A stretch of 58,799 nt of DNA from an uncultured Thalassovita sp. (GTDB lineage: Bacteria; Bacteroidota; Bacteroidia; Cytophagales; Flammeovirgaceae). This document shows positions 39,471-48,058 of this stretch, one piece after another. The notes under the pieces were generated by a model. It was not told the origin of the DNA and made no database searches. It worked only from the letters and a program-made list of their open reading frames with translations. The DNA is taken from positions 1 to 58,799 of the forward strand of contig CAKZMZ010000259.1 in the NCBI GenBank assembly GCA_937129345.1, read 5' to 3'. Position numbers and translations under genes: made by a program. The number at the start of each line of letters is the position of its first letter. Positions within the stretch are counted from its first letter, which is position 1.

Positions 39471-40550
39471 ATGGACGGAAAGGCAATAGTCCTTACAAAC
39501 GGACTTCTAGATCATTACAAAGCAAAAACTGCACACGGCCTTATCAGAGGCACAGAACGTTACGAAATAGTCGGCATTATAGACCACAAGCACGCGGGCA
39601 AAGACGCAGGCGAGGTGTTGGATGGCAAAAAGCGGAACATTCCTGTGTATGCCAGCATAGAAACCTTTAAAGATGAGTCTCCTGTAAAGGCAGATTTCTT
39701 AATAGTAGGTATAGCCACCAAAGGTGGCGTATTACCTGAAGATATGAAACCTTTCATAAAATCGGGTATTAAAGCAGGTTTATCCATTGTGAGTGGTTTG
39801 CATGAGTTTTTGACCGAAAATAGAGATTTGGTGGAATTAGCCGAGGTATATAATGTGGATCTAATTGATGTTCGCAAACCCAAGCACAACAAAGAACTAC
39901 ACTTTTGGACAGGAAAAATCGCTGAAGTGGCTTGCCCTAAAATACCAGTAATCGGTACAGATTGCAACATGGGCAAGCGCACCACTTCACGCTTTATCAA
40001 TGAAGCCGTCTCCGCAGTGGGCTTAAATGCACACATGCTTTACACAGGGCAAACAGGTTGGATGCAAGGTGGTAAATACGGTTTTATCTTCGACTCTACT
40101 TTAAATGATTTTATTTCAGGAGAAATTGAACATGCTATTGTAGAGTGCTACAAAAATGAAAATCCCGATGTGGTTTTTATCGAAGGTCAGTCTTCTCTGC
40201 AAAACCCAACCGGCCCCTGCGGTTCCGAATTTTTGATTTCTGCTGATGCCGATGCAGTTATTCTACAGCACGCACCTACTAGAGTGTATTTTCATGGAAC
40301 GGAAGGTTACAAAAGAAAAATACCAACTTTAGAGCAAGAAATTGCACTTATTGAAATGTACGGCGTAAAAACTATGGCCGTAACGGTTAATGCAGAAAAT
40401 ATGACTTTAGAAGAGGCTCGTAAATACCAAAAAGAAAAACAAGAAACTTTGGGTATTCCAGTGATTTTACCGCTCGAAGATGGTGTAAATACCTTGGCAA
40501 ATTCTATTGCAGAATTGGTGGCTAACTTTAAACATCCCTTTAAAAGGTAG
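39471..40550 (+). CDS. dgcN: DUF1611 family protein (DgcN-like D-glutamate N-acyltransferase)
   Basis: KTAHGLIR, VSGLHEFL, GTDCNMGKRTT P-loop, TGQTG, DFISGEIE, IEGQSSL; directly upstream of an enolase-superfamily epimerase. Confidence 0.85.
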   Translation: MDGKAIVLTNGLLDHYKAKTAHGLIRGTERYEIVGIIDHKHAGKDAGEVLDGKKRNIPVYASIETFKDESPVKADFLIVGIATKGGVLPEDMKPFIKSGIKAGLSIVSGLHEFLTENRDLVELAEVYNVDLIDVRKPKHNKELHFWTGKIAEVACPKIPVIGTDCNMGKRTTSRFINEAVSAVGLNAHMLYTGQTGWMQGGKYGFIFDSTLNDFISGEIEHAIVECYKNENPDVVFIEGQSSLQNPTGPCGSEFLISADADAVILQHAPTRVYFHGTEGYKRKIPTLEQEIALIEMYGVKTMAVTVNAENMTLEEARKYQKEKQETLGIPVILPLEDGVNTLANSIAELVANFKHPFKR

Positions 40551-40597
40551 GGGAGAAATTTTACTAAATTTCCTTAACGCTTTACAACAACTAAATC

Positions 40598-41665
40598 ATG
40601 AAAATTACCTCGGTACAGACTGAAAAAAAAGAACTCGGATTATTAAGACCTTATTCCATAGCTTATAAGACAGTAGATTCTGTGGCAGTAAGTTTGGTAA
40701 AAATCGAATTGGAAGATGGCAATTATGGCTTAGGTTCAAGCAATCCTAGTCCTTACGTGGTAAACGAAACCCTAGAGGAAACCATGGCCAGTTTGGCTGC
40801 CGACGATTTTTCATGGTTGCTTGGCAAAGACATTAGAGAATTTCAGCAACTACTTTATGAATTACATCAGCGCTACCCAAAACAACCAGGCGTTTTATCT
40901 GCCTTAGATATTGCGCTTTACGATGCATTTACCAAATATTTAGGAATGCCATTGGCAACTTTTCTAGGTCAAAAAATCGAATCGCTTTATACATCTATTA
41001 CCATAGGTATTAAAAATGTAGAAGAGACTTTAGAAGAAGCAACTGAATATGTAGAGCGCGGTTTTAAGATTTTAAAAGTAAAGCTAGGCAAATCTTTTGA
41101 AGAAGACATTGAGCGCTTGGCAAAAATTAGGGAAAAATATGGCAATAGCATTTTAGTGCGCATAGATGCCAACCAAGGCTATGATTTTGAGCAAATCAGC
41201 GATTTTCATGAAAAGACCAAATCTTTAGAGATTGAATTGATTGAGCAGCCGATTGATGCTAAAAACATAGCTCCAATGCGAAAATTGCCTGATAACCTAA
41301 AGGCCTTGATTGCCGCGGATGAGTCCCTTATTTCTCCTAAAGATGCGTTTAGTTTGGCCTCGCCTCCATCTGCGTGTGGTATTTTTAATATTAAATTGAT
41401 GAAGTGCGGCGGTGTGAGCAAGGCTTTAGAAATAGCCACAATTGCCCAAAACAGCGGCATCGACTTAATGTGGGGCTGTAACGATGAGAGCATTATTAGT
41501 ATTTCGGCTGCTTTACATGCTGCTTTTGCCTGCCCTCATACCAAATACATAGACCTAGACGGCAGCCTAGACCTCGCCAAAGATGTGGTATCAGGCGGCT
41601 TTATTTTAGAAGAGGGAAAAATGAGAATCAATGGAGAAGCAGGTTTGGGGGTGAAATTGATATGA
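40598..41665 (+). CDS. dgcA: Dipeptide epimerase / N-acyl-D-glutamate racemase (enolase superfamily, DgcA-like)
   Basis: LKVKLG, RIDANQG, LIEQP, ADES, NIKLMKCGG, DLDG. Confidence 0.82.
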   Translation: MKITSVQTEKKELGLLRPYSIAYKTVDSVAVSLVKIELEDGNYGLGSSNPSPYVVNETLEETMASLAADDFSWLLGKDIREFQQLLYELHQRYPKQPGVLSALDIALYDAFTKYLGMPLATFLGQKIESLYTSITIGIKNVEETLEEATEYVERGFKILKVKLGKSFEEDIERLAKIREKYGNSILVRIDANQGYDFEQISDFHEKTKSLEIELIEQPIDAKNIAPMRKLPDNLKALIAADESLISPKDAFSLASPPSACGIFNIKLMKCGGVSKALEIATIAQNSGIDLMWGCNDESIISISAALHAAFACPHTKYIDLDGSLDLAKDVVSGGFILEEGKMRINGEAGLGVKLI

Positions 41666-41690
41666 TCCAAACCAAATGCCCGAGGTTAAA

Positions 41691-41713
41691 TAGCCCGCGA
41701 CTTTAGCCGCGAG
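41691..41713. repeat. Single REP-like palindrome between convergent genes
   Basis: TAGCCCGCGACTTTAGCCGCGAG shares the CGCGACTT...CGCG core with the 8445-8505 element. Confidence 0.5.
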
Positions 41714-41727
41714 ATGCGGTAGGGGAA

Positions 41728-44049
41728 TCAAAAAACAGAAGTCCCTTTTTCAATCTCCTCCAAATCTGTCTTAATCACAATGCCCCATTTCATTTTTGGG
41801 ATACTCGTAAAGAAATTTAGGGTTCTTTTACCACGGTAATCGATAAAGATATCGGAGCCTGTTTGCATGTAAGCGGCCCTTTTCATTGCATCAAAACCAG
41901 CCCGCTCTGGCGGAATGGTAAAAGGAACCTCAGTGACACTCGAATGATTGATTGGTGTGAGCAGTTTGATATCGCTGCCATTTTTGCTACAAATAACGAT
42001 TTCCCCTGTCTCGCCCAAAACCTTACTGTTGTCCAATAACAATTCTTTAAGGTATTCTTCTACATCTGCCACTATGACTGCATTGCCAATCCATTGATCA
42101 TATTTATCATAAAGAGGGGTAACTACTGTCATTTGTTGGTTGTCGGTAATGTAGTTGATGGTGTCTTTGTTTTCAGGCTTTCCTAAAAAGGTAAAGTCAA
42201 GTTTGGGCTCATTGATTTTAAATTGACTTTCTTCATTGGTGTTATAGATGATTCTGCCAGAACGGTCCGACATTATAATATCTGTGTAATGATTACTATT
42301 GACAATTGGCGCTAAAATATGGCTATAATCAGACCTTTTTTCATTATAAGTGGCATTGTAGGTCAGGTTGTAAGCATGGTCGTCGCTCCAATAAGTGATT
42401 CTACTAAAATCGTTCAGGATAATGGGCGAATATTTTATAAAGTTGAGATTGGCCTCCAATTGGCTAAAATGCCTTTCTACTTGTTTTGCTTTGAGTTGCC
42501 CCATGATCTTCATTACAGTCTCGTAGCGCTGCAAGTTAGATTCACTTATGTTTTTATACGCATTGGTAACTATAATGGAGAAGACAATGGTAATAAGCAA
42601 GGCCGCCGAAATAATGCCCGTTAGTATTTTTTGTCTATTTTTCTCACGGTTCTTTTCCTTTTCTATAGCTTGCTTACTAGCGTGTAAGTACAGCCTTTGC
42701 AACTCTGTGGGTGGTGGTTCTTTACCTTCTTCCATACAGTCTTGCAACCATTTATCGGCAAGCGCGATTTCAGACTCTCTAAGCAGCAGTTCTTTGTTTT
42801 TATTGGCTGCTTCCCATTCGAGCGATTTTTTAGAAAGTTTGGTGTGGAAGTGCACATGCTCTCGGTCAATATCTAAAGTTCTGAGTAGCTCGCTAAAACT
42901 GGCGTGAAAATCCCGCATGCCAGGTCTAAATTCTATCCATTGTATGTTGGCGAGTGCATCGGGCATCTCCTTTTCACCCACATAATTATAAAAAACCGTA
43001 ATAATGCGCTTGTTCAAGCTTACAGCGTATTCTACTTCCTCGGCACAGTAAGGCGAGCGAATAGAGTGTGGAGAAATGATAAAAACCAGGTTATCTGCTT
43101 CTTTAATGCCTTTAAATATCTCTTTTTTAAAATCGGTGCCTGCAGAAATGTACTCTTGATCAAACCAAGTAGTTTTACCATTGAGCTGTAAGTATTCATT
43201 GAGTTTGCGAGCAAAGTCTGAGTCGCTTCTAGAATAAGAAATGAAAACCTCTATAGGCAAAGAAAAACTCTTTTGCTCACTTTCAACAATAAAATCTCTG
43301 TGTACATTGGTGGGAGAGTAATTTTCTCTGCTCTCGCTTTCTTTTAACCAAGCTTGTGCCAGTTCGAGATTTTTGCCCCTGAGCAAAATGCTCATGTTGC
43401 TATTTTGTTTTTGCCACTTTAAAGCTTTTACCAGCAGTTGCTTGTGCCTTTCTACATACTCAGAATCTGTATACAATGCATGCAGTAATTGATCGCATCT
43501 TGCATTAAGAGCTATTTTGTTATTGAAAGAGCGGCTGAAATCTAAAAACTGTATAGAATTGATGAAAGAAGGAATGGTCTCTGAGGGCGTGTCTTCAATT
43601 ACAATAGAGATGATCCTCTTGTTTAGCTCATAGGCATAGTACAATTCCTTTAAGCAATACTCTGATTTTACTGAGCTTGGCGAAATCAGATAGATAAAAT
43701 TAGTAGCGCCTTCAATACCCGTATTGATTTCCTCCTCAAACTTTTTACCCGAGCGTATATCGGTTCGGTTGGTCCAAACCGTAAAGCTATTCCGCATCAA
43801 TTTTTTTCTGATCACCTCCATTCGGTCCTTATCTTCAGTTGAGTAACAGATAAAGGCCTCGGCCATTAGGTTGTAGGCGTTCTTTTCACTTTCGCAGATA
43901 AATTCTGCGTGTATTTCAGAAGGCTCGCATGGCGGATGTTCATTGTCGAATTGTAGCTTTAGCCATGCTTCTGCTTCAAGGCGTTCTTTGCCCACCAACA
44001 GGTAATCGTTCTGCTTTTTATGCGCTATCCAATCCAGTGCTTTTAGCAA
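41728..44049 (-). CDS. TIR-TIR-TM-Cache protein (downstream fragment)
   Basis: AFICYSTED...SEYCLKEL and VFISYSRSD...SPYCAEEV TIR domains; TM ILTGIISAALLITIVFSIIV; LGETGEIVI...DYRG...WGIVIKTD dCache-like end. Confidence 0.8.
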   Translation of the reverse strand: MLKALDWIAHKKQNDYLLVGKERLEAEAWLKLQFDNEHPPCEPSEIHAEFICESEKNAYNLMAEAFICYSTEDKDRMEVIRKKLMRNSFTVWTNRTDIRSGKKFEEEINTGIEGATNFIYLISPSSVKSEYCLKELYYAYELNKRIISIVIEDTPSETIPSFINSIQFLDFSRSFNNKIALNARCDQLLHALYTDSEYVERHKQLLVKALKWQKQNSNMSILLRGKNLELAQAWLKESESRENYSPTNVHRDFIVESEQKSFSLPIEVFISYSRSDSDFARKLNEYLQLNGKTTWFDQEYISAGTDFKKEIFKGIKEADNLVFIISPHSIRSPYCAEEVEYAVSLNKRIITVFYNYVGEKEMPDALANIQWIEFRPGMRDFHASFSELLRTLDIDREHVHFHTKLSKKSLEWEAANKNKELLLRESEIALADKWLQDCMEEGKEPPPTELQRLYLHASKQAIEKEKNREKNRQKILTGIISAALLITIVFSIIVTNAYKNISESNLQRYETVMKIMGQLKAKQVERHFSQLEANLNFIKYSPIILNDFSRITYWSDDHAYNLTYNATYNEKRSDYSHILAPIVNSNHYTDIIMSDRSGRIIYNTNEESQFKINEPKLDFTFLGKPENKDTINYITDNQQMTVVTPLYDKYDQWIGNAVIVADVEEYLKELLLDNSKVLGETGEIVICSKNGSDIKLLTPINHSSVTEVPFTIPPERAGFDAMKRAAYMQTGSDIFIDYRGKRTLNFFTSIPKMKWGIVIKTDLEEIEKGTSVF

Positions 44050-44064
44050 AATGCTGGTATGCCT

Positions 44065-44535
44065 TTAAACATAGGCTTTATGCTTGTTTAAAGCACTGCT
44101 TATAGATTGGCAAAGCACATTAAGCGCACCTTCACTTTCTTTAAGATAGATCCAATTGAGGTCTTGCACTACGGGATGCATCGAGTCTTTGATCTCATTG
44201 GCATTGGGCATGCGGCATAAAATGGGAATGATCCTTTTGCCATATTTCAATGCAATCTCTATCTCTTCTCTACAATACCGAGAGCCAATAGAATCGGACG
44301 AAATAATGAAAATGAAATTATGTGCATTGATGATGCCTCTTTCAATTTCGGTTCTGAAATTAACGGCCTCAGGTATATTGTTTTGGTCGAACCAAACCTT
44401 TAAAGAAGCATTGGTCAATTTTTCAACTAAGTTTTTGGCAAACACAAGGTCTCTTCTAGAATAAGAAATAAATATATCATCACAGGTTTGACTACTGCCA
44501 TTTTTTGTAGAAATAGAGATTGATGCTTCTGTCAT
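44065..44535 (-). CDS. TIR domain protein (upstream fragment, TIR_2-like)
   Basis: DIFISYSRRD...VWFDQ...IERGI...FIFIISSDSIGSRYCREEI..A...KRIIPIL. Confidence 0.8.
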   Translation of the reverse strand: MTEASISISTKNGSSQTCDDIFISYSRRDLVFAKNLVEKLTNASLKVWFDQNNIPEAVNFRTEIERGIINAHNFIFIISSDSIGSRYCREEIEIALKYGKRIIPILCRMPNANEIKDSMHPVVQDLNWIYLKESEGALNVLCQSISSALNKHKAYV

Positions 44536-44696
44536 GGTATCAGCTTAAAAAGATAGCTCTGCTAAAGAAAAAATGTCTTGGATTCCGCTGCAATGCACAG
44601 TTATAAAAACTTCAAGACTTAGATGGAATTCTAACGCACAAGCTATTTCAACATTTTACGTGTATCAGCTGATTTTGGACATTAATGGCTGCCCAC

Positions 44697-45479
44697 TTAT
44701 CTTTTGAGATGCCTCCTATAACGATATTTGGTCATAAACTGCACGTTTACTCTTGCTCCAAAGAAAAAATACATGTCGTCTCTTCTGTTATTGTCTAAAC
44801 CCACATTGCCATCCAATACATCGGTTCGGGCGAACCGAACGCCGCCTTCTAGCTCTATATTGATGCTTTCGTGTAGATAGTATTTAATACCCACACCAGC
44901 GGGTATTACCAATGCCATATTGCTTACGGTGGTATCATTAACGGCAAGAAGGTCTCTATCATCATCAATGGATCTTGGATTGAATAGCGTGTAACCAACC
45001 CCACCAAACAAATATGGAGAAAAAGTACTCGAATAGCTTTCTATGCTACTTTTTGGTATAAACTCGTGCACCAAAACCAAAGAACCTTCGGCATTTAAAG
45101 ACTTAAAACCTGTAAATAGATTGCTGTTTTCTTTTGGCTGTGAATACAACTGAAACCCACTCAGCTCTGCTCTTAGGCTTATAAAATGGGTCAATCTGTA
45201 AGAGATACCTAGGTTAAGCAGAGGAGTTAAATGGTTTTTTTGATTGGCAAAATCCGGAGGAGTACTCAAATCGCCTGCGTAAGCTGTAATACCAACACCT
45301 ATATGGTAACTAAAAGGGCTTAAAAGCGGATGTGCATATTTTTTAAAATAGGGATAGGCCAGTGTTTTTTTCGGGGCAGGTGAATGTGGGTCTTTGGGGT
45401 CATATCCCGTATTTGTTAGGGCGAGACTTGGCAAAAAGATTATGCAGACCACAAAAGAGAAAAGGGCTTTAGCTAACAT
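44697..45479 (-). CDS. DUF6089-like outer membrane beta-barrel protein
   Basis: GITAYAGDL, SPYLFGGVG..FNP, IPAGVGIKY, TDVLDG, DMYFFFG; signal peptide suggests start ATG 45479. Confidence 0.8.
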   Translation of the reverse strand: MLAKALFSFVVCIIFLPSLALTNTGYDPKDPHSPAPKKTLAYPYFKKYAHPLLSPFSYHIGVGITAYAGDLSTPPDFANQKNHLTPLLNLGISYRLTHFISLRAELSGFQLYSQPKENSNLFTGFKSLNAEGSLVLVHEFIPKSSIESYSSTFSPYLFGGVGYTLFNPRSIDDDRDLLAVNDTTVSNMALVIPAGVGIKYYLHESINIELEGGVRFARTDVLDGNVGLDNNRRDDMYFFFGARVNVQFMTKYRYRRHLKR

Positions 45480-45647
45480 AGAAGTTTCAGATAAATTCAA
45501 CTTAATAATAAGCAAATATTTGCCCCAAAAGATATGTTTTTGTGGCAAACTATCTACCAAAAATAAGCAAATCGCAATAGTCTATTTTGAAAAAGGTGCA
45601 AATAAAATTGGAAGATGAAGCCCTTCGAAAGATATTACCTTATTGGT

Positions 45648-46451
45648 TTACTGTTCCGTTTTGCTTTTTTTCTCGTTTAACCATGCTAAGGCTAGCACAA
45701 TTACTACAATAGCACTCACGGCCCAAAACAAAGTGCTAAAGCTTTGTTTAAAGAATGCTTGGTAGAAAAGGGCTCCATAGATACCGCCAATGGCCGGGCC
45801 AACAATAGGAATCCAAGCATAGCCCCAGTTAGAAGTGCCCTTGCCTGTTATCGGTAAAATAAAGTGTGCGATCCTTGGGCCCAGATCTCTTGCAGGGTTA
45901 ATGGCATAGCCGGTCGTTCCGCCTAAGGAGAGACCGATGCTTACAATTAAAATACCTACAATAAATGGGTTAAGACCTTCTGTAAATTCATTGGCACCGA
46001 TAGAAAGAAGTCCCAATATTAAAATGAAAGTGCCTATGATTTCACTACTCAGGTTGGCAAAATTGTGTTTCATGGCGGGGCCAGTGGCAAAAACACCTAA
46101 TTTTACGGCGGTGTCGCTAGTGGCTTTCCAATGAGGTAGGTATTGTAACCAAACCAAAGTGCTGCCTATTATGGCGCCAATAATCTGCGCCGAAATATAT
46201 ATAGGCACTTCTGCCCAGGGTAAATCGCCACTTACGGCCAAAGCCAAAGTAACTGCAGGGTTGACGTGTGCCCCACTTACCTGCCCTACTGCATATACTG
46301 CAATGGCTACGGCAAAACCCCAACCAAAAGCCACACTGATCCAACCAGCATTTTTAGAAAAAGAATTGTTAAGCGAGTTGCCTGCATTAATGCCACAACC
46401 CAAAACAATCAAGATCATCGTTCCTATTAATTCTGCTGTAAAGTTTGTCAT
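45648..46451 (-). CDS. glpF: MIP family channel, glycerol uptake facilitator type
   Basis: SGAHVNPAVT and GGTTGYAINPARDLGPR (NPA...D of aquaglyceroporins); LGVFATGPA. Confidence 0.9.
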   Translation of the reverse strand: MTNFTAELIGTMILIVLGCGINAGNSLNNSFSKNAGWISVAFGWGFAVAIAVYAVGQVSGAHVNPAVTLALAVSGDLPWAEVPIYISAQIIGAIIGSTLVWLQYLPHWKATSDTAVKLGVFATGPAMKHNFANLSSEIIGTFILILGLLSIGANEFTEGLNPFIVGILIVSIGLSLGGTTGYAINPARDLGPRIAHFILPITGKGTSNWGYAWIPIVGPAIGGIYGALFYQAFFKQSFSTLFWAVSAIVVIVLALAWLNEKKSKTEQ

Positions 46452-46701
46452 TTATTCTCATTTTCATTTAAGCCGCCAATATACAAAATAGACTTATTTA
46501 TTGATGTTTTTTTGATATATCCGTAAATTTTAGGAACCAATCATCATAAAAGAAATATCCTTCTGTTATTAGTCAGTAGACAGCTACAATGTTCTAGAAA
46601 TTAGCTGTATGCATATCAATGATAATGATTTAGACAAAGCCAACTTTTTAACAGCAACTAGTGTAAAAGTTGGATTTTTATAAACCTTTAAAGGGAATTT
46701 T

Positions 46702-47139
46702 ATGGATGAGTTGCAGCATATGACCAAAAAGCTACTTGGGGAGTTTAAAAAAGTACAGAAAAGCATTAATAAAATGACCGAGGCCGGTTACTACACAGAG
46801 GCACTTCAAATTATTAATAACATTAGCCAAGACAGTTTTGAGTTTGATGTAAGTGTGCCCAGAAAAATGCCCATAGAAGATTTGATGATTTTGCTCGAAG
46901 ACCACCGCCAACTCAATGGCTTTCAACTCAATGTGTTGGCCGAGCTACTCATGATGGAAGGAGACATTTACTTTGCTATAGAAAAGCTAGATAAAAGTAA
47001 AAACTGCTTTGAGAAAGCACTACGCATTTTCTATCATTTAGACGAAAGAATGGAAGAACCCTTCTCGATAGATTTGATGGACAGGATGAACCAAAGCATG
47101 GAAAAAATCCAGCGTATTAAAAATAAAATCAATCAGTGA
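46702..47139 (+). CDS. Hypothetical helical protein (DUF6483/TPR-like)
   Basis: LAELLMMEGDIY...SKNCFEKALRIF TPR-like helix pair; 7-bp convergent overlap with modA. Confidence 0.65.
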   Translation: MDELQHMTKKLLGEFKKVQKSINKMTEAGYYTEALQIINNISQDSFEFDVSVPRKMPIEDLMILLEDHRQLNGFQLNVLAELLMMEGDIYFAIEKLDKSKNCFEKALRIFYHLDERMEEPFSIDLMDRMNQSMEKIQRIKNKINQ

Positions 47140-47924
47140 GTGGCCTCGCCATAGCCAAAGTTATCCAAAATTTCTTGCGCCTCGGCTGTAAGTAGATAGT
47201 CAAAAAATAATTTACTGGCTTCCTTTTCATTCTCAAGTCCAAAATTCAGAACCATACCACCATGAGGTATACCTTTCTGCTGTTTTAGAGGTATCCAACT
47301 GCCCTTTTCAGACATATTTTTAAAGTAAGAAGCAGAAGCTGCGGTAAAAGCAAAATCGACGCTCTCCGCATAAACGTATTGATTGACCTTGCCCACATTT
47401 TCACCGTACACCAATTTGTTTTTTAACTTCTCCCATATCCCTTGTGATTTGAGCCAATCTTGAGCGGCTTTGCCATAAGGGGCTAAATCAGGTTCGGCAA
47501 TGGCAATGTTTTTTACTACATCGCTTTGCAAGAGTGCAATTAAGTTCTTTGTGCTCAATAAGTTACTAGAGAGCTTTTTTTTCGACCAGCCAATTGCCCG
47601 ACCATGAGTAATTACAGTGGGTTTTTGAGTGGTAATTCCTTTCTCAAAAAGATTGTTGGGGTATTGCATATTGGCCGAAATAAAAATATGAAAAGGCGCT
47701 TGATGGCTAATTTGCGCCGTCAACTTTCCCGATGAAGCGGAAATGACCTCTACATTTACATGTGGATGGTCTTTTTGAAAACGCTCTTTTATTTTTTGCA
47801 TAGGATAGGATAGGTTGGCAGCAACTGCCACTCTTATGGTAGTAGTTGATTGGATGAAATTGAATGTAAGTGCAGCGCAAATTACAAGCAAAAATCCCAG
47901 AGTAATTATGTTTTTCATTTTCAT
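47133..47924 (-). CDS. modA: Molybdate ABC transporter substrate-binding protein
   Basis: VAVAANL, ASSGKLTAQI..APFHIFISAN, IAIAEPDLAPYGKAA, VYGENV; start probably 47924 or 47918. Confidence 0.92.
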   Translation of the reverse strand: MKMKNIITLGFLLVICAALTFNFIQSTTTIRVAVAANLSYPMQKIKERFQKDHPHVNVEVISASSGKLTAQISHQAPFHIFISANMQYPNNLFEKGITTQKPTVITHGRAIGWSKKKLSSNLLSTKNLIALLQSDVVKNIAIAEPDLAPYGKAAQDWLKSQGIWEKLKNKLVYGENVGKVNQYVYAESVDFAFTAASASYFKNMSEKGSWIPLKQQKGIPHGGMVLNFGLENEKEASKLFFDYLLTAEAQEILDNFGYGEATH

Positions 47925-48058
47925 TAAAAATGCGGTTCGTTCTAATAGCTGCTTGATAAATAAGCTTAGCAATTTAAATACTAACACTTTAAACAAAATT
48001 ATTTCCCTCTTGATGGTAATTTTTTGATATTTGTTTCAAAATAAAATTTAATGAGGAC

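Larger units (their letters stand above)
41728..44535 (-). pseudogene. Triple-TIR - TM - dCache-like receptor gene interrupted by one in-frame TAA (44065-44067)
   Basis: The two track ORFs share one frame. Reading through gives HKAYV*RHTSILLKALDW, parallel to SEYVERHKQLLVKALKW in the next repeat. Confidence 0.75.

Noticed and set aside
44065-44067. Programmed recoding (Sec/Pyl or alternative genetic code) of the internal stop in the TIR gene
   Set aside because: The codon is TAA, not TGA or TAG, and TAA terminates many normal genes in this window
39471-44535. Functional link between dgcN-dgcA and the TIR-Cache receptor (e.g. sensing D-amino acids)
   Set aside because: The genes are convergent and separated by a REP-like element; adjacency alone is not evidence without conserved synteny
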